Below are positions 19,216-30,160 of a stretch of DNA of 34,498 nucleotides, piece by piece. The DNA is taken from positions 1 to 34,498 of the forward strand of contig JBBIMI010000009.1 in the NCBI GenBank assembly GCA_037444485.1, read 5' to 3'. The first letter of the stretch is position 1. Each line of letters begins with the position of its first letter. This DNA is from Candidatus Micrarchaeota archaeon. Lineage in GTDB: Archaea; Micrarchaeota; Micrarchaeia; Norongarragalinales; Norongarragalinaceae. The position numbers and the translations under genes are program-made. The notes beneath the pieces were generated by a model that had not been told where the DNA came from, did no database searches, and saw only the letters and a list, made by a program, of their open reading frames with translations.

Positions 19216-19425
19216 TTTTTAAATAACCTACGCTTAAAGGCGCGGGATTCCGCTGCCAGGCTTGGCGGCTGGCGCCACTACATCGCGCGAAACGTGCGCG
19301 AAACGCGGCGTCGAGGCCAGCGCCGCCCACGCGAACGAGGCCAGCCGCCCCTGCAAAATAACTGAAGCGAAATAAATAGGATTGATTCGTCCCGCGACTG
19401 AACTAGCGGATTTCTCAACCAAACA
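19216..19425 (-). mobile_element. Non-coding IS200/IS605-like miniature element / structured RNA, copy A
   Basis: Colinear by eye with 32872-33094; hairpins at both ends; no transposase ORF. Confidence 0.68.
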
Positions 19426-19441
19426 CGTTTAATAAAAACTT

Positions 19442-20188
19442 TTATTTTCTTGCAGGCAACACGTCAAGCAAGTCGCCGAGTTTGTTTAAAACGAAGTCAG
19501 GCTCGAAGTCAGGCTTGGCGCGCGCGAGGTGGCGCGCGACCGACTTTTCAAAAAAACGCGATATCATGCCTTGCTTGCGTGCGGCTTCAAAACCGTAGCG
19601 CGCCCACGCAGCCCGCATTCCCGCTTTTTTCGCGCCTGAGACGTCGCGCTTGAGGCTGTCGCCAACGAAGAGAACGCGGTTCGGCTGTACGCCGAGCTTG
19701 CGCGCCGCTGCGCGGAACGGCATGTGATGCGGTTTTTTAACTCGCACGTCCTCGAATGCAGTTACAGTCGAAAAAAATTCTGCGAGGCTTGCTTGCGTCA
19801 ACCGCGTCCACGCCTGCATTCTCGGCGCGTCACTCACCACGCCTAACTTGTACCCGCGCTTCTCGAGTTGCTTCAACACGAAAACCGTTCGCGGGAACGC
19901 GTGCAAGTGCTGTTGCTTTGCAGCGCGGTAGGCGGTTATGCCTGCGGCGAGAATGCGGTAATCGATTTTACCTATAGTCGCGCGCAAGAGTTTTTGAAAT
20001 ACTTTCTGGTATTCTATGCCGTGTTCTTGGTAGAGAGTCCAAATCATTGCCTCTATTTTCTCTGGCGGAATGCGGAGTCCAGCTCGCGCCATCGCGTGCG
20101 CTGCCGCGCGAACGCTCTCACTCTTCGCTCGCGTGAAGTCTATTAAAGTGTTGTCGAGGTCGAAGAGGATTGCCTTGATCTGGTGCAT
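19442..20188 (-). CDS. HAD superfamily hydrolase (subfamily IA)
   Basis: FDLDNTL, VVSD, KKP and VGDSLKRD motifs. Confidence 0.92.
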   Translation of the reverse strand: MHQIKAILFDLDNTLIDFTRAKSESVRAAAHAMARAGLRIPPEKIEAMIWTLYQEHGIEYQKVFQKLLRATIGKIDYRILAAGITAYRAAKQQHLHAFPRTVFVLKQLEKRGYKLGVVSDAPRMQAWTRLTQASLAEFFSTVTAFEDVRVKKPHHMPFRAAARKLGVQPNRVLFVGDSLKRDVSGAKKAGMRAAWARYGFEAARKQGMISRFFEKSVARHLARAKPDFEPDFVLNKLGDLLDVLPARK

Positions 20189-20200
20189 GAAGGCGTTTAG

Positions 20201-21310
<1,110 letters not shown>

Positions 21311-21425
21311 GATAAAAATTGAAGAAAAAACAAAAAACAAAGACGAAAACAAAAACTCAAAACAAAAAAACAAGAAACAAAAAACAAGAAAACAAGAAAA
21401 CGAATGTAGGTGGCGAGAAAAAAAA

Positions 21426-21626
21426 ATGGTTTGGCTGACGTGTCCGAAGTGCGGGCGAAAGATTCGCTTGCGCGCCCCCAAACACGTTTGCCTGCAGGGA
21501 ATCAACTGCTCGCACTGTAACGAAAAAATAAAATGCCCGCGCGGCGAGTGCTGCGTGATATGCGCTTACTCGAAAACAAAGTGCCCCGCACACAAGCACG
21601 CGTTCCCGAGGCGAAAACAACCGTAG
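21426..21626 (+). CDS. Small Cys-rich protein of the GDCCVxC type
   Basis: LTCPKCG...CSHC...GECCVICAYS...CP matches the GDCCVxC family pattern. Confidence 0.75.
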   Translation: MVWLTCPKCGRKIRLRAPKHVCLQGINCSHCNEKIKCPRGECCVICAYSKTKCPAHKHAFPRRKQP

Positions 21627-21630
21627 TACG

Positions 21631-22318
21631 TCAGCATTCTCCCAGTTTTTTCTCGACTTCAAGCAATCCTGACGCCGTGCCAGCGCGTTTTGATTCAATT
21701 GACTGCTGCTTGCTCGCGAGCCCGAGGTTCGAGTACTCTACAGGAAAAGTCGCGTAAACGAATTCCATCTTAATGATGCCTGCGTCCAAGTACTCCAGCG
21801 ATTTTTCGTAAAGCGAAAAAGCTTCTTCATACGTTTTCCTGTAAACGCAGTCGAAAGGCGTCCTCGTTTTTTCCGCGAGCAGTTTCAACGCGAGCAGCCG
21901 GCTCCTCTCAGCGTTTAACAAATCAATTTCAGCGTCTAAAGCCGTTTGCAAGGCAAGCGAAGCGTTCGACGCGTTTTCCTCCAGTGCGAGTGCAGCCAAC
22001 TCGTTCTTCAAGCGTTTTTCCCGCTCGTCAAGCTCTTTAAAACTAGAGGCGGGCGGAGGGTTCAATAGTTCCTCGCGCTGCTCGACGACAGTCAAGCTTG
22101 GCGCGGGCGTCGCTGCCTGCGGCGTTGCTGTAGGCGTTGCGGAAGGCGCGCTAGGCGCTGGCGACGGCGATTTCTCTGATGAAAGGCTCACTGAACTGCT
22201 GAGGCGTGATTACGCTTTGTCCAGCGGCGAGGGACAAGAATAAGAGCAAAAGCAAGAAAAAAGCGCGAAATGCTGCAGCCAACCCCATGCCGAAAACAGA
22301 AACACTAAATCTAGCCAT
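21631..22318 (-). pseudogene. Secreted/anchored protein (signal peptide, Pro/Ala/Thr linker, coiled coil), frameshifted
   Basis: The ATG 22318 frame encodes a signal peptide (FRAFFLLLLLFLSLAAG) and stops at 22151-22153. The body continues in another frame that is open from 22209. Confidence 0.65.
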
Positions 22319-22479
22319 GCCTGGAACACTAGAGTCTTATTTACGGCGCTGTTTTTTATAAGTATTTCAGAGAATGCCAGAATGTTAGAGAACGAAATTC
22401 CTTGAAGTCAAGATTCAACCAAGATTCAAGTTCAGGCCAAAGATTCAAGTTCAGGCCAAAGCAACCAAGATTCACGGGT

Positions 22480-23199
22480 TCAGGATTTGAATGCTTCCAA
22501 CTTTTTCTTTATTTCGTCAATGCTTTTAGTGGTCACGAGCAATGGAATGCCTTCTGTTTCCGCGATGCGAACCGCGAGTTTGTCTACCTTGTCGGGCTCG
22601 AGCCCGTGCAGCACGATGACAGCAGGTTTTATTGGAGCGATGCGAACTGCAACCATCGGGCTTCGCCCAGTGCTCGTTCGCGTGAACAACAATGCGCGTT
22701 GACTGGTTGTGGAATAGATTTTCACGAAGCTCTCGTAAGGCATTTCTAGAATGATTTTCAGCGAGTCGAGAATCGTGCAACCGAACAACTGGGTTTCCTC
22801 GAGCTTGCGCACGTTCGCCAACGCGCGCGCTTCAATCGCTTTCCCGAAGTCTTCGCCGCTCACGCCTTTTGGGAAATCAATGACTTGAAAAAACTTTTCG
22901 CCGTTGCTCGCGCTCTCTGCTTCCTTGAAGCGTTTTACGAGTTCTCCGCCTTTCTTCAAGTCGATTTCGAATAATGCATCAACGAAACGCTTTATCACCG
23001 CTATTCCCGGACTCTTTCTGCGGTTGCTTTCGTAATCGCTTATCGTGCTGCTTGAAATGCCGAGGTGTTCCGCAAGCTCGCCTTGATTGATTCCGAATAC
23101 TTCACGCCATTTTTTCATGGCGCTGCCTGGGTCGGTGGTAAGCGCAATCTCGCCAGCTATCTTTACCTTCAACTGCTCCAAGAAACAAAACCCCTGCAA
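22480..23199 (-). CDS. Archaeal XRE-family HTH transcriptional regulator (COG1709-like)
   Basis: IAGEI..DPG..MKKWRE.F...ISDYE..RRKSPG and RALLFT..STGRSPMVAVR motifs. Start uncertain. Confidence 0.88.
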   Translation of the reverse strand: MQGFCFLEQLKVKIAGEIALTTDPGSAMKKWREVFGINQGELAEHLGISSSTISDYESNRRKSPGIAVIKRFVDALFEIDLKKGGELVKRFKEAESASNGEKFFQVIDFPKGVSGEDFGKAIEARALANVRKLEETQLFGCTILDSLKIILEMPYESFVKIYSTTSQRALLFTRTSTGRSPMVAVRIAPIKPAVIVLHGLEPDKVDKLAVRIAETEGIPLLVTTKSIDEIKKKLEAFKS

Positions 23200-23290
23200 A
23201 CATTAATCGTAAACAATTAATGAAGCGTAAACAATTAATGAAGTACGGTGGTTAAAAAACTTTGTTCGAAGTTCAACGCTGCAAGCAGCT

Positions 23291-23623
23291 TCAACGCATC
23301 ATGAAGTAGAAGACGAGCAACAGGGCTTCAACAACCATGAAGAGCGAAAAGTCTATTCCCTTCATTAACGTAAGCGCAAGCAACACTATTGTTCCCACCA
23401 TGAAGAAAGTTAATGGCTCGAGCCCTAGAATTGATTTTCCGCGGTAAACTGCAGGCGCGCCCGCACCAGCGCGCGTGGGAGCTCCTCCTGGATTGAGGGG
23501 AACAACGTTTCCAGTCGCCGGGTCAACTTGAACAGCAAAACCACATTTCCTGCAGTAAACCACGTTATTCTGCGGGTCCACGTCAAGATTCGGGTTTCCG
23601 CACTGCGGGCACGCAACGTCCAT
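23291..23623 (-). CDS. TFIIB-like Zn-ribbon protein with two C-terminal TM helices
   Basis: CPQCG-x-CRKCG, a Gly/Pro linker and a hydrophobic hairpin. Confidence 0.75.
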   Translation of the reverse strand: MDVACPQCGNPNLDVDPQNNVVYCRKCGFAVQVDPATGNVVPLNPGGAPTRAGAGAPAVYRGKSILGLEPLTFFMVGTIVLLALTLMKGIDFSLFMVVEALLLVFYFMMR

Positions 23624-23980
23624 CTTCAATCAATGAACGTAACGAAAACAAAGTTTTTAAAACATGCTTTTTTCAAAATCAAGGCCCGATGAAAACGAAA
23701 GCCTTGAATGTAGGAAAAAAGAAAAAGATTTCAATGAAAGGAAAAAGAAAAAGATTTAAATACTTTCGCGTGCAAGAGTTAAAACAGACGTTTTACCCCC
23801 CAGCTTAAGGTTTACGGTTCTCCAAAAAAAATTTTCCTCATTGTTTCAAGCTTTCAAAAAAGTAGCGTTTAGTCCATCTAGCCTTGTTTTCAAACGCGTT
23901 AAAAAAACTAAAAACAATAAAACGATAAATGATTTAAACAAACGATTTCAAACAATTTAAATGATTTTTGTGGGGTTGAG

Positions 23981-24613
23981 TTGAAGTTGGAAGACGGAAA
24001 AACCTTGAAAACCTTGAAAGGCACGACCACGGTAGGCGTGACTTTCGATAAAGGCGTTGTGCTTGCTGCAGACAAGCGCGCGAGCATGATGAACTTCATC
24101 GCAGCGAAAGATGTGGACAAGATTCATTTTATCGCCGACAGAATAGCTTTAACGCTCGCTGGAAGCGTGGGCGACGCGCAGACTCTAGTGCGCTTAATGC
24201 GCGCTGAAATCGAGTTGTACAAGTACTCGAAAGGTGAAGACATCACGGTTGCGGGCGCCGCTACGCTTCTCGCGAACATCCTGCAGGGAAGCAAGTATTT
24301 TCCTTACCTTGTGCAACTCGTAATTGCTGGATTCGATTCGATGCCGAGACTCTTCGATTTAGACCCGCTCGGCGGGCTCCTGCCGGAAAAATATGTTTCG
24401 ACAGGCTCTGGAAGCGTTACCGCGTACGGGTTGCTTGACGAACACTTTAAGGAAGGAATAAAGCAGGATGAAGCCGTCCGCCTCGCTGCTAGGTCGGTGA
24501 ACACAGCGATGAAGCGCGACAGCGCGACCGGCGAAGGCATCGACGTGGTAGTAATAACGAGAGACCATGCAAAACGCTTGACTAAAAACGAAGTCGACGC
24601 ATTGCTTTCTTGA
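23981..24613 (+). CDS. psmB: Proteasome subunit beta
   Basis: Propeptide cleavage KG|TTTVG, AADKRAS, GSVGDAQ, STGSGS and RDSATG motifs. Confidence 0.96.
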   Translation: MKLEDGKTLKTLKGTTTVGVTFDKGVVLAADKRASMMNFIAAKDVDKIHFIADRIALTLAGSVGDAQTLVRLMRAEIELYKYSKGEDITVAGAATLLANILQGSKYFPYLVQLVIAGFDSMPRLFDLDPLGGLLPEKYVSTGSGSVTAYGLLDEHFKEGIKQDEAVRLAARSVNTAMKRDSATGEGIDVVVITRDHAKRLTKNEVDALLS

Positions 24614-24891
24614 CGCGTTTCTCGCAAGCTCTCTTGACCAGCCGTCGAACGCTTGAACGCTAACAGTTTTCAAAAAACTTCAAGCATTTTGAAAGACGAT
24701 AAAAACAATTCAAACCGACGGCTTCTAACTAAACAAATCTTTAAACAAACCTAAGCCGAATCTAAGCAAAAGTGTTCTTTGTTGGAAAAACTTGGAAAAA
24801 CAAAACTTTTTTTCTGGAAAAAAATCCAGTTTTTGAAACAACGGAATAAAGCCAGCGAGAGCTCGAGGGCTCGCGGCGTTTTGGTGTTAGA

Positions 24892-26790
24892 GTGACTGGA
24901 ATAGATTTGAAGGAACTGCAAGAATCCGTGGAAAGCGTGTTGCCTAAAGAATGCGAGTTAACGAAAATAGAACTTGAAGGCCCGCAAGTCGTCATTTTCT
25001 TGAAGAACCTGCGCGCATTCTACGAAGACGAGCACTTGATAACGAAAATCGCGGGCAAAGTACGCAAGAAAGTCTTGTTGAAGACTGACCCCAGCGCGCT
25101 CAAGCCGCCGGAGGAAGCGCTGGCTTACGCGAAAAGCGTCATTCCAGTTGAGGCAGGAGTGCAAGAGATTCGCTTTGACCCGGTTTTCAACGAGATCATC
25201 ATTGAAGCCTTGAAACCAGGGCTCGTAATCGGAAAAAAAGGCGTCGTGCTCAAAGCAATCATACTCGAAACAGGCTGGACTCCCCGCGTGCTGCGCACTC
25301 CCACGCGCCCCAGCGAAGTCGAAAAAGCGCTGCGTAGCGCGCTCCTCGCGAGTTCAAGCGAACGCAAAAAGTTTTTGAATGCTTTAGGCAAGAAAATGTT
25401 TCAGCCAAGCGTAGGCTGCGACTGGATTAAAATTACTGCGCTCGGCGCGTTCAGAGAAGTAGGCCGCTCGTGCATTCTAGTGCAAACGCCGAAAAGCAAC
25501 GTGTTGCTCGACTGTGGAATGAACAATGACACTAGCGACGTTAGCAAGGCGTACCCTTACTTGAGCGCGATGAATCTTGCGATAGAACAAATCGATGCAG
25601 TCATCATCTCGCACGCGCACTTGGACCACAGCGGTTTTCTTCCGTACTTGTTCGCTTACGGTTACGACGGGCCAGTGTACTGCACGCCTCCAACGCGCGA
25701 TTTGATGGTGTTGTTACAGCAGGACGCGGTAAAGGTGATGAACAGTGAAGGCGCAGGCGCGCCTTACGGGGAACGCGACATAAAGAAAGAGCTTAATCAC
25801 GTGATTACTCGCGAGTACGGCGAGGTGACCGACATCACGCCAGACATTCGCTTTACGTTCCACAACGCTGGCCACATTCTCGGAAGCGCTCAAGTGCATT
25901 TGCATATAGGCGAAGGAATGCAGAACCTCGTTTACACTGGCGACATCAAGTTTGGAAAAACAAACTTGTTCGACCCAGCGGACACGTTCTTTCCCCGCGT
26001 CGAAACACTGTTGATGGAATCAACTTACGGCTCGCGCGAGGCAATCATTCCACGTTTAGAGGAAGGCGAACAGCGTTTAACGCAAATCATTCGCGAAACC
26101 GCAGCGCGGCGCGGAAAAGTATTGATTCCCGCATTCGCAGTCGGCAGGGCGCAAGAACTCATGCTCGCGCTCGAACAACACTTGCGGAATGACGGGCTGA
26201 TTGTTTACAGTGATGGAATGTCGCTCGAAGCAAGCGCGATTCACACTGTTTATCCCGAATACTTGAAGAAAAGCGTCCAAAAACGCATTCTCCAGAACAA
26301 CTCGCCTTTCGACAATCCCATGTTCAAGCCCGTAGTCGCGAAAGAACGCAAAGACATCGCGGAATCCGACGAACCTTGCGTGATTCTCGCACCTTCAGGC
26401 ATGCTCAGCGGAGGGCCAAGCGTTCAATTCCTTAAACTCCTCGCTGGCGACGTGCGCAATTCCCTCGTTTTCGTCGGTTTTCAAAGTCCCCTCACGCTCG
26501 GGCGCAAGATTCAGAACGGAGAGCGGGAAGTGCCGATTCTTGACGCTGTTTCCAAAAAACAAGAGAGCCTCCGCATCAACATGCAAGTGCATACTGTAGA
26601 CGTGTTTTCCGGCCACAGCGACTTCAACCAGCTTCTCGCGTACGCCAAGAACGTCAAGCCGCGTCCCTCAAGAATATTCGTGATGCACGGTGACGAAAAC
26701 CGCACTGAATCCTTCGCGCGCACGCTCAACCGCATGATGCACGTGGAAACGCGTGCGCCCATGAACTTGGACAGCGTTCGCTTGAAGTAA
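24892..26790 (+). CDS. fttA: Beta-CASP ribonuclease aCPSF1 / transcription termination factor FttA
   Basis: N-terminal KH domains (KPGLVIGKKG), SHAHLDH, AGHILGS, MESTYG and FSGHSD motifs; conserved position after psmB. Confidence 0.95.
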   Translation: MTGIDLKELQESVESVLPKECELTKIELEGPQVVIFLKNLRAFYEDEHLITKIAGKVRKKVLLKTDPSALKPPEEALAYAKSVIPVEAGVQEIRFDPVFNEIIIEALKPGLVIGKKGVVLKAIILETGWTPRVLRTPTRPSEVEKALRSALLASSSERKKFLNALGKKMFQPSVGCDWIKITALGAFREVGRSCILVQTPKSNVLLDCGMNNDTSDVSKAYPYLSAMNLAIEQIDAVIISHAHLDHSGFLPYLFAYGYDGPVYCTPPTRDLMVLLQQDAVKVMNSEGAGAPYGERDIKKELNHVITREYGEVTDITPDIRFTFHNAGHILGSAQVHLHIGEGMQNLVYTGDIKFGKTNLFDPADTFFPRVETLLMESTYGSREAIIPRLEEGEQRLTQIIRETAARRGKVLIPAFAVGRAQELMLALEQHLRNDGLIVYSDGMSLEASAIHTVYPEYLKKSVQKRILQNNSPFDNPMFKPVVAKERKDIAESDEPCVILAPSGMLSGGPSVQFLKLLAGDVRNSLVFVGFQSPLTLGRKIQNGEREVPILDAVSKKQESLRINMQVHTVDVFSGHSDFNQLLAYAKNVKPRPSRIFVMHGDENRTESFARTLNRMMHVETRAPMNLDSVRLK

Positions 26791-26865
26791 GGAAATCAAG
26801 CGAAATCAAGCGAAGAAAACAAAAACAAGAGCCGAAGAAAAGACTAGAATAAGGGTTTTTCTCGA

Positions 26866-27420
26866 ATGCGTTTACTTGTTACTGGGACGCCCGGCGTGGG
26901 CAAAACCACTGTGACTAGAGCGTTAGCTAAACTATTAAACGCCGAACTGATCGACGTGAACGCGGTGATAAAAGAAAAAAAACTGTTTGAAAAAAAGCCT
27001 GGCGAACGCGAGAAAACAGTGAAGACAGTCAAGCTCGCGACATTAAAACGCGTTCTCGAAAAAATCTTGAAAACAAAGAAAAACGCCGTGGCCGAAAGCC
27101 ACTTGCTGTGCGAAATGCGTTTGCCTTGCGACGCAGTAATCGTGTTACGCTGCGACCCGCGAATCCTCGACGCGCGTTTGCGCGCACGCGGCTACCCGCT
27201 TTGGAAAGTGCGCGAAAACGTGTTGTGCGAAACGCTTGACTACTGCCTGATTAAAGCGCTCGAAAATTACGGCGGGAAGAAAGTGCGGCAAATCGATTTT
27301 ACTAAGCCCTTGAACGCGAAAGCATTTTTGAAAAAAATTCGTTCCGGTGAAAGCGTTCACGTTAATTACGCGCCGCTCTTACTCGAAGATAGTTTTAAAA
27401 AGCGTTTAAGCATATTTTAA
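26866..27420 (+). CDS. AK6/Fap7-type adenylate kinase
   Basis: VTGTPGVGKTT, ESH and VLRC.P..L..RL..RGY...KV.EN motifs. Confidence 0.88.
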   Translation: MRLLVTGTPGVGKTTVTRALAKLLNAELIDVNAVIKEKKLFEKKPGEREKTVKTVKLATLKRVLEKILKTKKNAVAESHLLCEMRLPCDAVIVLRCDPRILDARLRARGYPLWKVRENVLCETLDYCLIKALENYGGKKVRQIDFTKPLNAKAFLKKIRSGESVHVNYAPLLLEDSFKKRLSIF

Positions 27421-27465
27421 CCCACTTTTAAAAAAAACGCGTTTTTCTCGAGGTGAGTTTCTTTG

Positions 27466-27585
27466 ATGGCAAAGAAAAAAAAGCACGAGGAAGAATGGGA
27501 GGAGGAAGAGGAAGAAGAGGAAGACTGGGGAGAAGAAGAGTGGGGTGAAGAGGAAGAAGGCGAAGAGGAAGAAGAAAGCGAGTAA
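27466..27585 (+). CDS. 39-aa ultra-acidic microprotein MAKKKKHEEEWEEEEEEEEDWGEEEWGEEEEGEEEEESE
   Basis: Below the ORF-track cutoff. SD GAGGTGA at 27450-27456, ATG at 27466, TAA at 27583-27585; Glu codons mix GAA and GAG. Confidence 0.7.
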   Translation: MAKKKKHEEEWEEEEEEEEDWGEEEWGEEEEGEEEEESE

Positions 27586-28085
27586 ACCCACAAAACCACG
27601 AATAAGACGAGAAAAACAGTCGAGAAAAGAATATACGAGAAAAGCGAAAAATAATAGACGAGAACGACGAGTAAGAAACGATGAAAAAAACAGGATGATG
27701 ACCTAATTCAATTCTTTTTTGTCTTTCTTTTGCCTTTCTTTTTTCCTTTCTTTTTTCCTTTCTTTTGCCTTTCTTTTTAATTCTTTTTTTCTTTTCCGCT
27801 TTTTATTTTTCGCTATTCCTTACTTCGCTACTTATTTTCCACGCATTTTATTTTCCGCACATTTTATTTTTCGCACATTTTCCTCATTCTTCCGCGTTAA
27901 TGCCAGCTTCCCCACTCGAACGCTTAAACTTGAAAACCCAAAAAAACCAAAAGCATTTTATTGCGTGGAAACATGTTTTTTAGGCGTGTTTTTAAGCATT
28001 TTAAGGCACGTTTTAAAGCACGTTTTTGTGGGGGCCGATGCGCCGGGTGCTGGCCGGATTTAGCGGATTTAGAGTTGAATTTAAA

Positions 28086-28448
28086 TTGAAGAAAAAAGTT
28101 GGAAGCAAAGACAAAAACAAAAACGGGAAAGGAATCCTAGTCAAGCTGCATGAGCGGCGTGACGCGCTCGGCGTGACTAGACGCGTTCTAGCCGCTTGCG
28201 ACGAAGAACTGTTGGGAAAAACGTTCTCGTCTAAAAACATGGTTCTCGACTTGAAGGCTTACGCAGGATTTTATAACGGCGCGAAGACAAGCGGGGAAAA
28301 AGCAGTAGAGTTGATGCGTAGCGCTGACAACTTGAACTTGGTTGGAAAGAAAAGCATCGAGCTGGCGAAGAAAGCATTCGCGGATTTAAACACAAAAAAC
28401 GTGAAGAAAATTAATGGCGTTCCACACTTGCAAGTGTACAGGATTTAA
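28086..28448 (+). CDS. DUF424 family protein
   Basis: VKLH...VLAACDEELLGK, FYNG, NLVG and KKINGVPHLQ motifs. Start uncertain (TTG 28086 assumed). Confidence 0.85.
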   Translation: MKKKVGSKDKNKNGKGILVKLHERRDALGVTRRVLAACDEELLGKTFSSKNMVLDLKAYAGFYNGAKTSGEKAVELMRSADNLNLVGKKSIELAKKAFADLNTKNVKKINGVPHLQVYRI

Positions 28449-28552
28449 AAAAATGATTTAAAAAAATAACTGTACAGGATTTGGAAAATATTTGAAAAAT
28501 ATTTGAAAAATTTGGGGCTTGAAAGCCGACGGGAAAGCGGAAAGTTGGTGAG

Positions 28553-29017
28553 TTGATTGAGATGATTAAAGCGTCGCTGGCGGTTTTAAGCATCATTGTT
28601 TTCGTAATCGCGTTTGCAGCGGTCTTCGTTACTCAAGCCGCGCTCGGCGCAACAGTCGAGTTCAAGCCACCGTATTACTACGCCCCTGAAAACGCGTTGA
28701 GCGTTATAAACTCGTTCTTCTTCGTCTTCTTTTTCTCGCTATTGTTCTTCGGCTACGCCGCGCCCCTCGCGCTCGGTGTGGAAGCAGTGAAATACGCTTC
28801 TTACTTTTCAAGCGGCGCTGCGAACGCGTTCGACTTGATTTTCGCCGCGCCCGGCATTCTTGCCGCGCTTTCAGCAGTGCGTCTCGGGCACGGAGTGCTG
28901 CTTGACTTGCGGGGTGAAGGAAGCGTTTTCGACGAGTTCAGCGTCGCCGCGCGTTTGTTCATCGCTGGCGCTGTTTTGTTGGGCGTGTTGTTGATTGTGA
29001 AACGCTTTTTCTCGTGA
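28553..29017 (+). CDS. Multi-TM membrane protein (loosely SpoIIM-like)
   Basis: Four or more hydrophobic segments. Family similarity judged by eye only. Confidence 0.7.
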   Translation: MIEMIKASLAVLSIIVFVIAFAAVFVTQAALGATVEFKPPYYYAPENALSVINSFFFVFFFSLLFFGYAAPLALGVEAVKYASYFSSGAANAFDLIFAAPGILAALSAVRLGHGVLLDLRGEGSVFDEFSVAARLFIAGAVLLGVLLIVKRFFS

Positions 29018-29085
29018 TTTTCCGCAATCCAATGCAATCCCACATTTTTTTATATCTGCCAAGCGTTAAAGAAATCGTGAATTTC

Positions 29086-29562
29086 ATGCTCGCACCATTG
29101 TTTCAGGCAGCCGGTTTTCTTGACGTTATGGACACGTTGAACGACTTGAGTTTCGTCGTGAAAATAATTATTTTCTCGTACTTTCTGTTCTGGTTGTTCG
29201 TAACCTTCCGCGAACTGCCTATCGTGTTCGGGTTGAGCGTCATTGGGCTCGCGTACTTGATGTTCGTCGCAGCCATTCCGATGCTCGTAATCGCAATAGT
29301 TTTCCTCGTATTCCTAACGCCGTTCGGCATGATGCTTCAACAAGGCATTCAATTCGGTTTGCTTCCTTTTTTAGGCAGGGAGCCCATGACTGGCAGGCGG
29401 ATGACCGGGCCTGAAGAAGTGCAGAGAATTCAAGAAAAAGCGATGCGCGGCGAGAATTTAACGCAGCAAGAAGCCGAGATACTGCAGGAAGTGTACGCTC
29501 AACAACAAATGCAGGAATCGTTTGGAGGCGCTATGGCGGGAAGAAGAATGTCGATGGGTTGA
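29086..29562 (+). CDS. Hypothetical membrane protein (3 TM + Gln-rich tail)
   Basis: A TATA-like element near 29046-29055 supports a start at ATG 29086. Confidence 0.75.
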   Translation: MLAPLFQAAGFLDVMDTLNDLSFVVKIIIFSYFLFWLFVTFRELPIVFGLSVIGLAYLMFVAAIPMLVIAIVFLVFLTPFGMMLQQGIQFGLLPFLGREPMTGRRMTGPEEVQRIQEKAMRGENLTQQEAEILQEVYAQQQMQESFGGAMAGRRMSMG

Positions 29563-29739
29563 CTTGCTGACAGGAGTCAAACTACTGGAGATTGACAGAG
29601 AATAAATCACAGACAATTAAAACAATCAAAAGCAGGCAACAAGAAAGAAAATTTGGAGTAAGAAAATTCGAATAAAAAAAACTTGATTGAAAAATAAGTA
29701 AAAAATTAAGTAAAAAATTAAGTAAAAAAGAAAAAAAAA

Positions 29740-30072
29740 TTGGTGGCGGATGGTGTGGCGGTAATGATTGCGGCTGCGACGGTTACTATTCCGGCTTTCT
29801 TGTTTTTTTTGGAAAACGTTTTCAGTTGGCTTTCTTACTTTTGGTGGGTTTGGTTGTTTATTATAGCGTGGTGGTACTACAAGTGGGCGAGTGACCACTT
29901 GGCATTCTCGCCGTTGTTAACGATAGTCGTCGCTGCAATACTCATTTACTTTCTCGTGATAGAACACCCGTTGATAGGAAGCGCGGGCGTTGTTTTATGG
30001 GTTATACTGAGTTCAAGCATTTTTTATGTTCTAGCGCTAGTGCCGTCATTCACTGGATTTTTTAAAAAATGA
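29740..30072 (+). CDS. Hypothetical membrane protein (3-4 TM, Trp-rich)
   Basis: Hydrophobic ORF; start uncertain. Confidence 0.75.
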   Translation: MVADGVAVMIAAATVTIPAFLFFLENVFSWLSYFWWVWLFIIAWWYYKWASDHLAFSPLLTIVVAAILIYFLVIEHPLIGSAGVVLWVILSSSIFYVLALVPSFTGFFKK

Positions 30073-30160
30073 TTTTACAAACGATAAAAAAATTACAAAA
30101 ACGATAAAAAAGCGGAGAAAACAAAAAAAGAAGACGGAAAGAAGACGAAGGTGGAATGAA

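Noticed and set aside
19234..19422. 62-aa ORF, or SRP/RNase P/5S RNA
   Set aside because: It coincides with the repeated non-coding element, and the hallmark motifs of those RNAs were not found.
27719..28063. Phe-rich ORFs
   Set aside because: Products of T-rich low-complexity spacer DNA; no SD or family signal.
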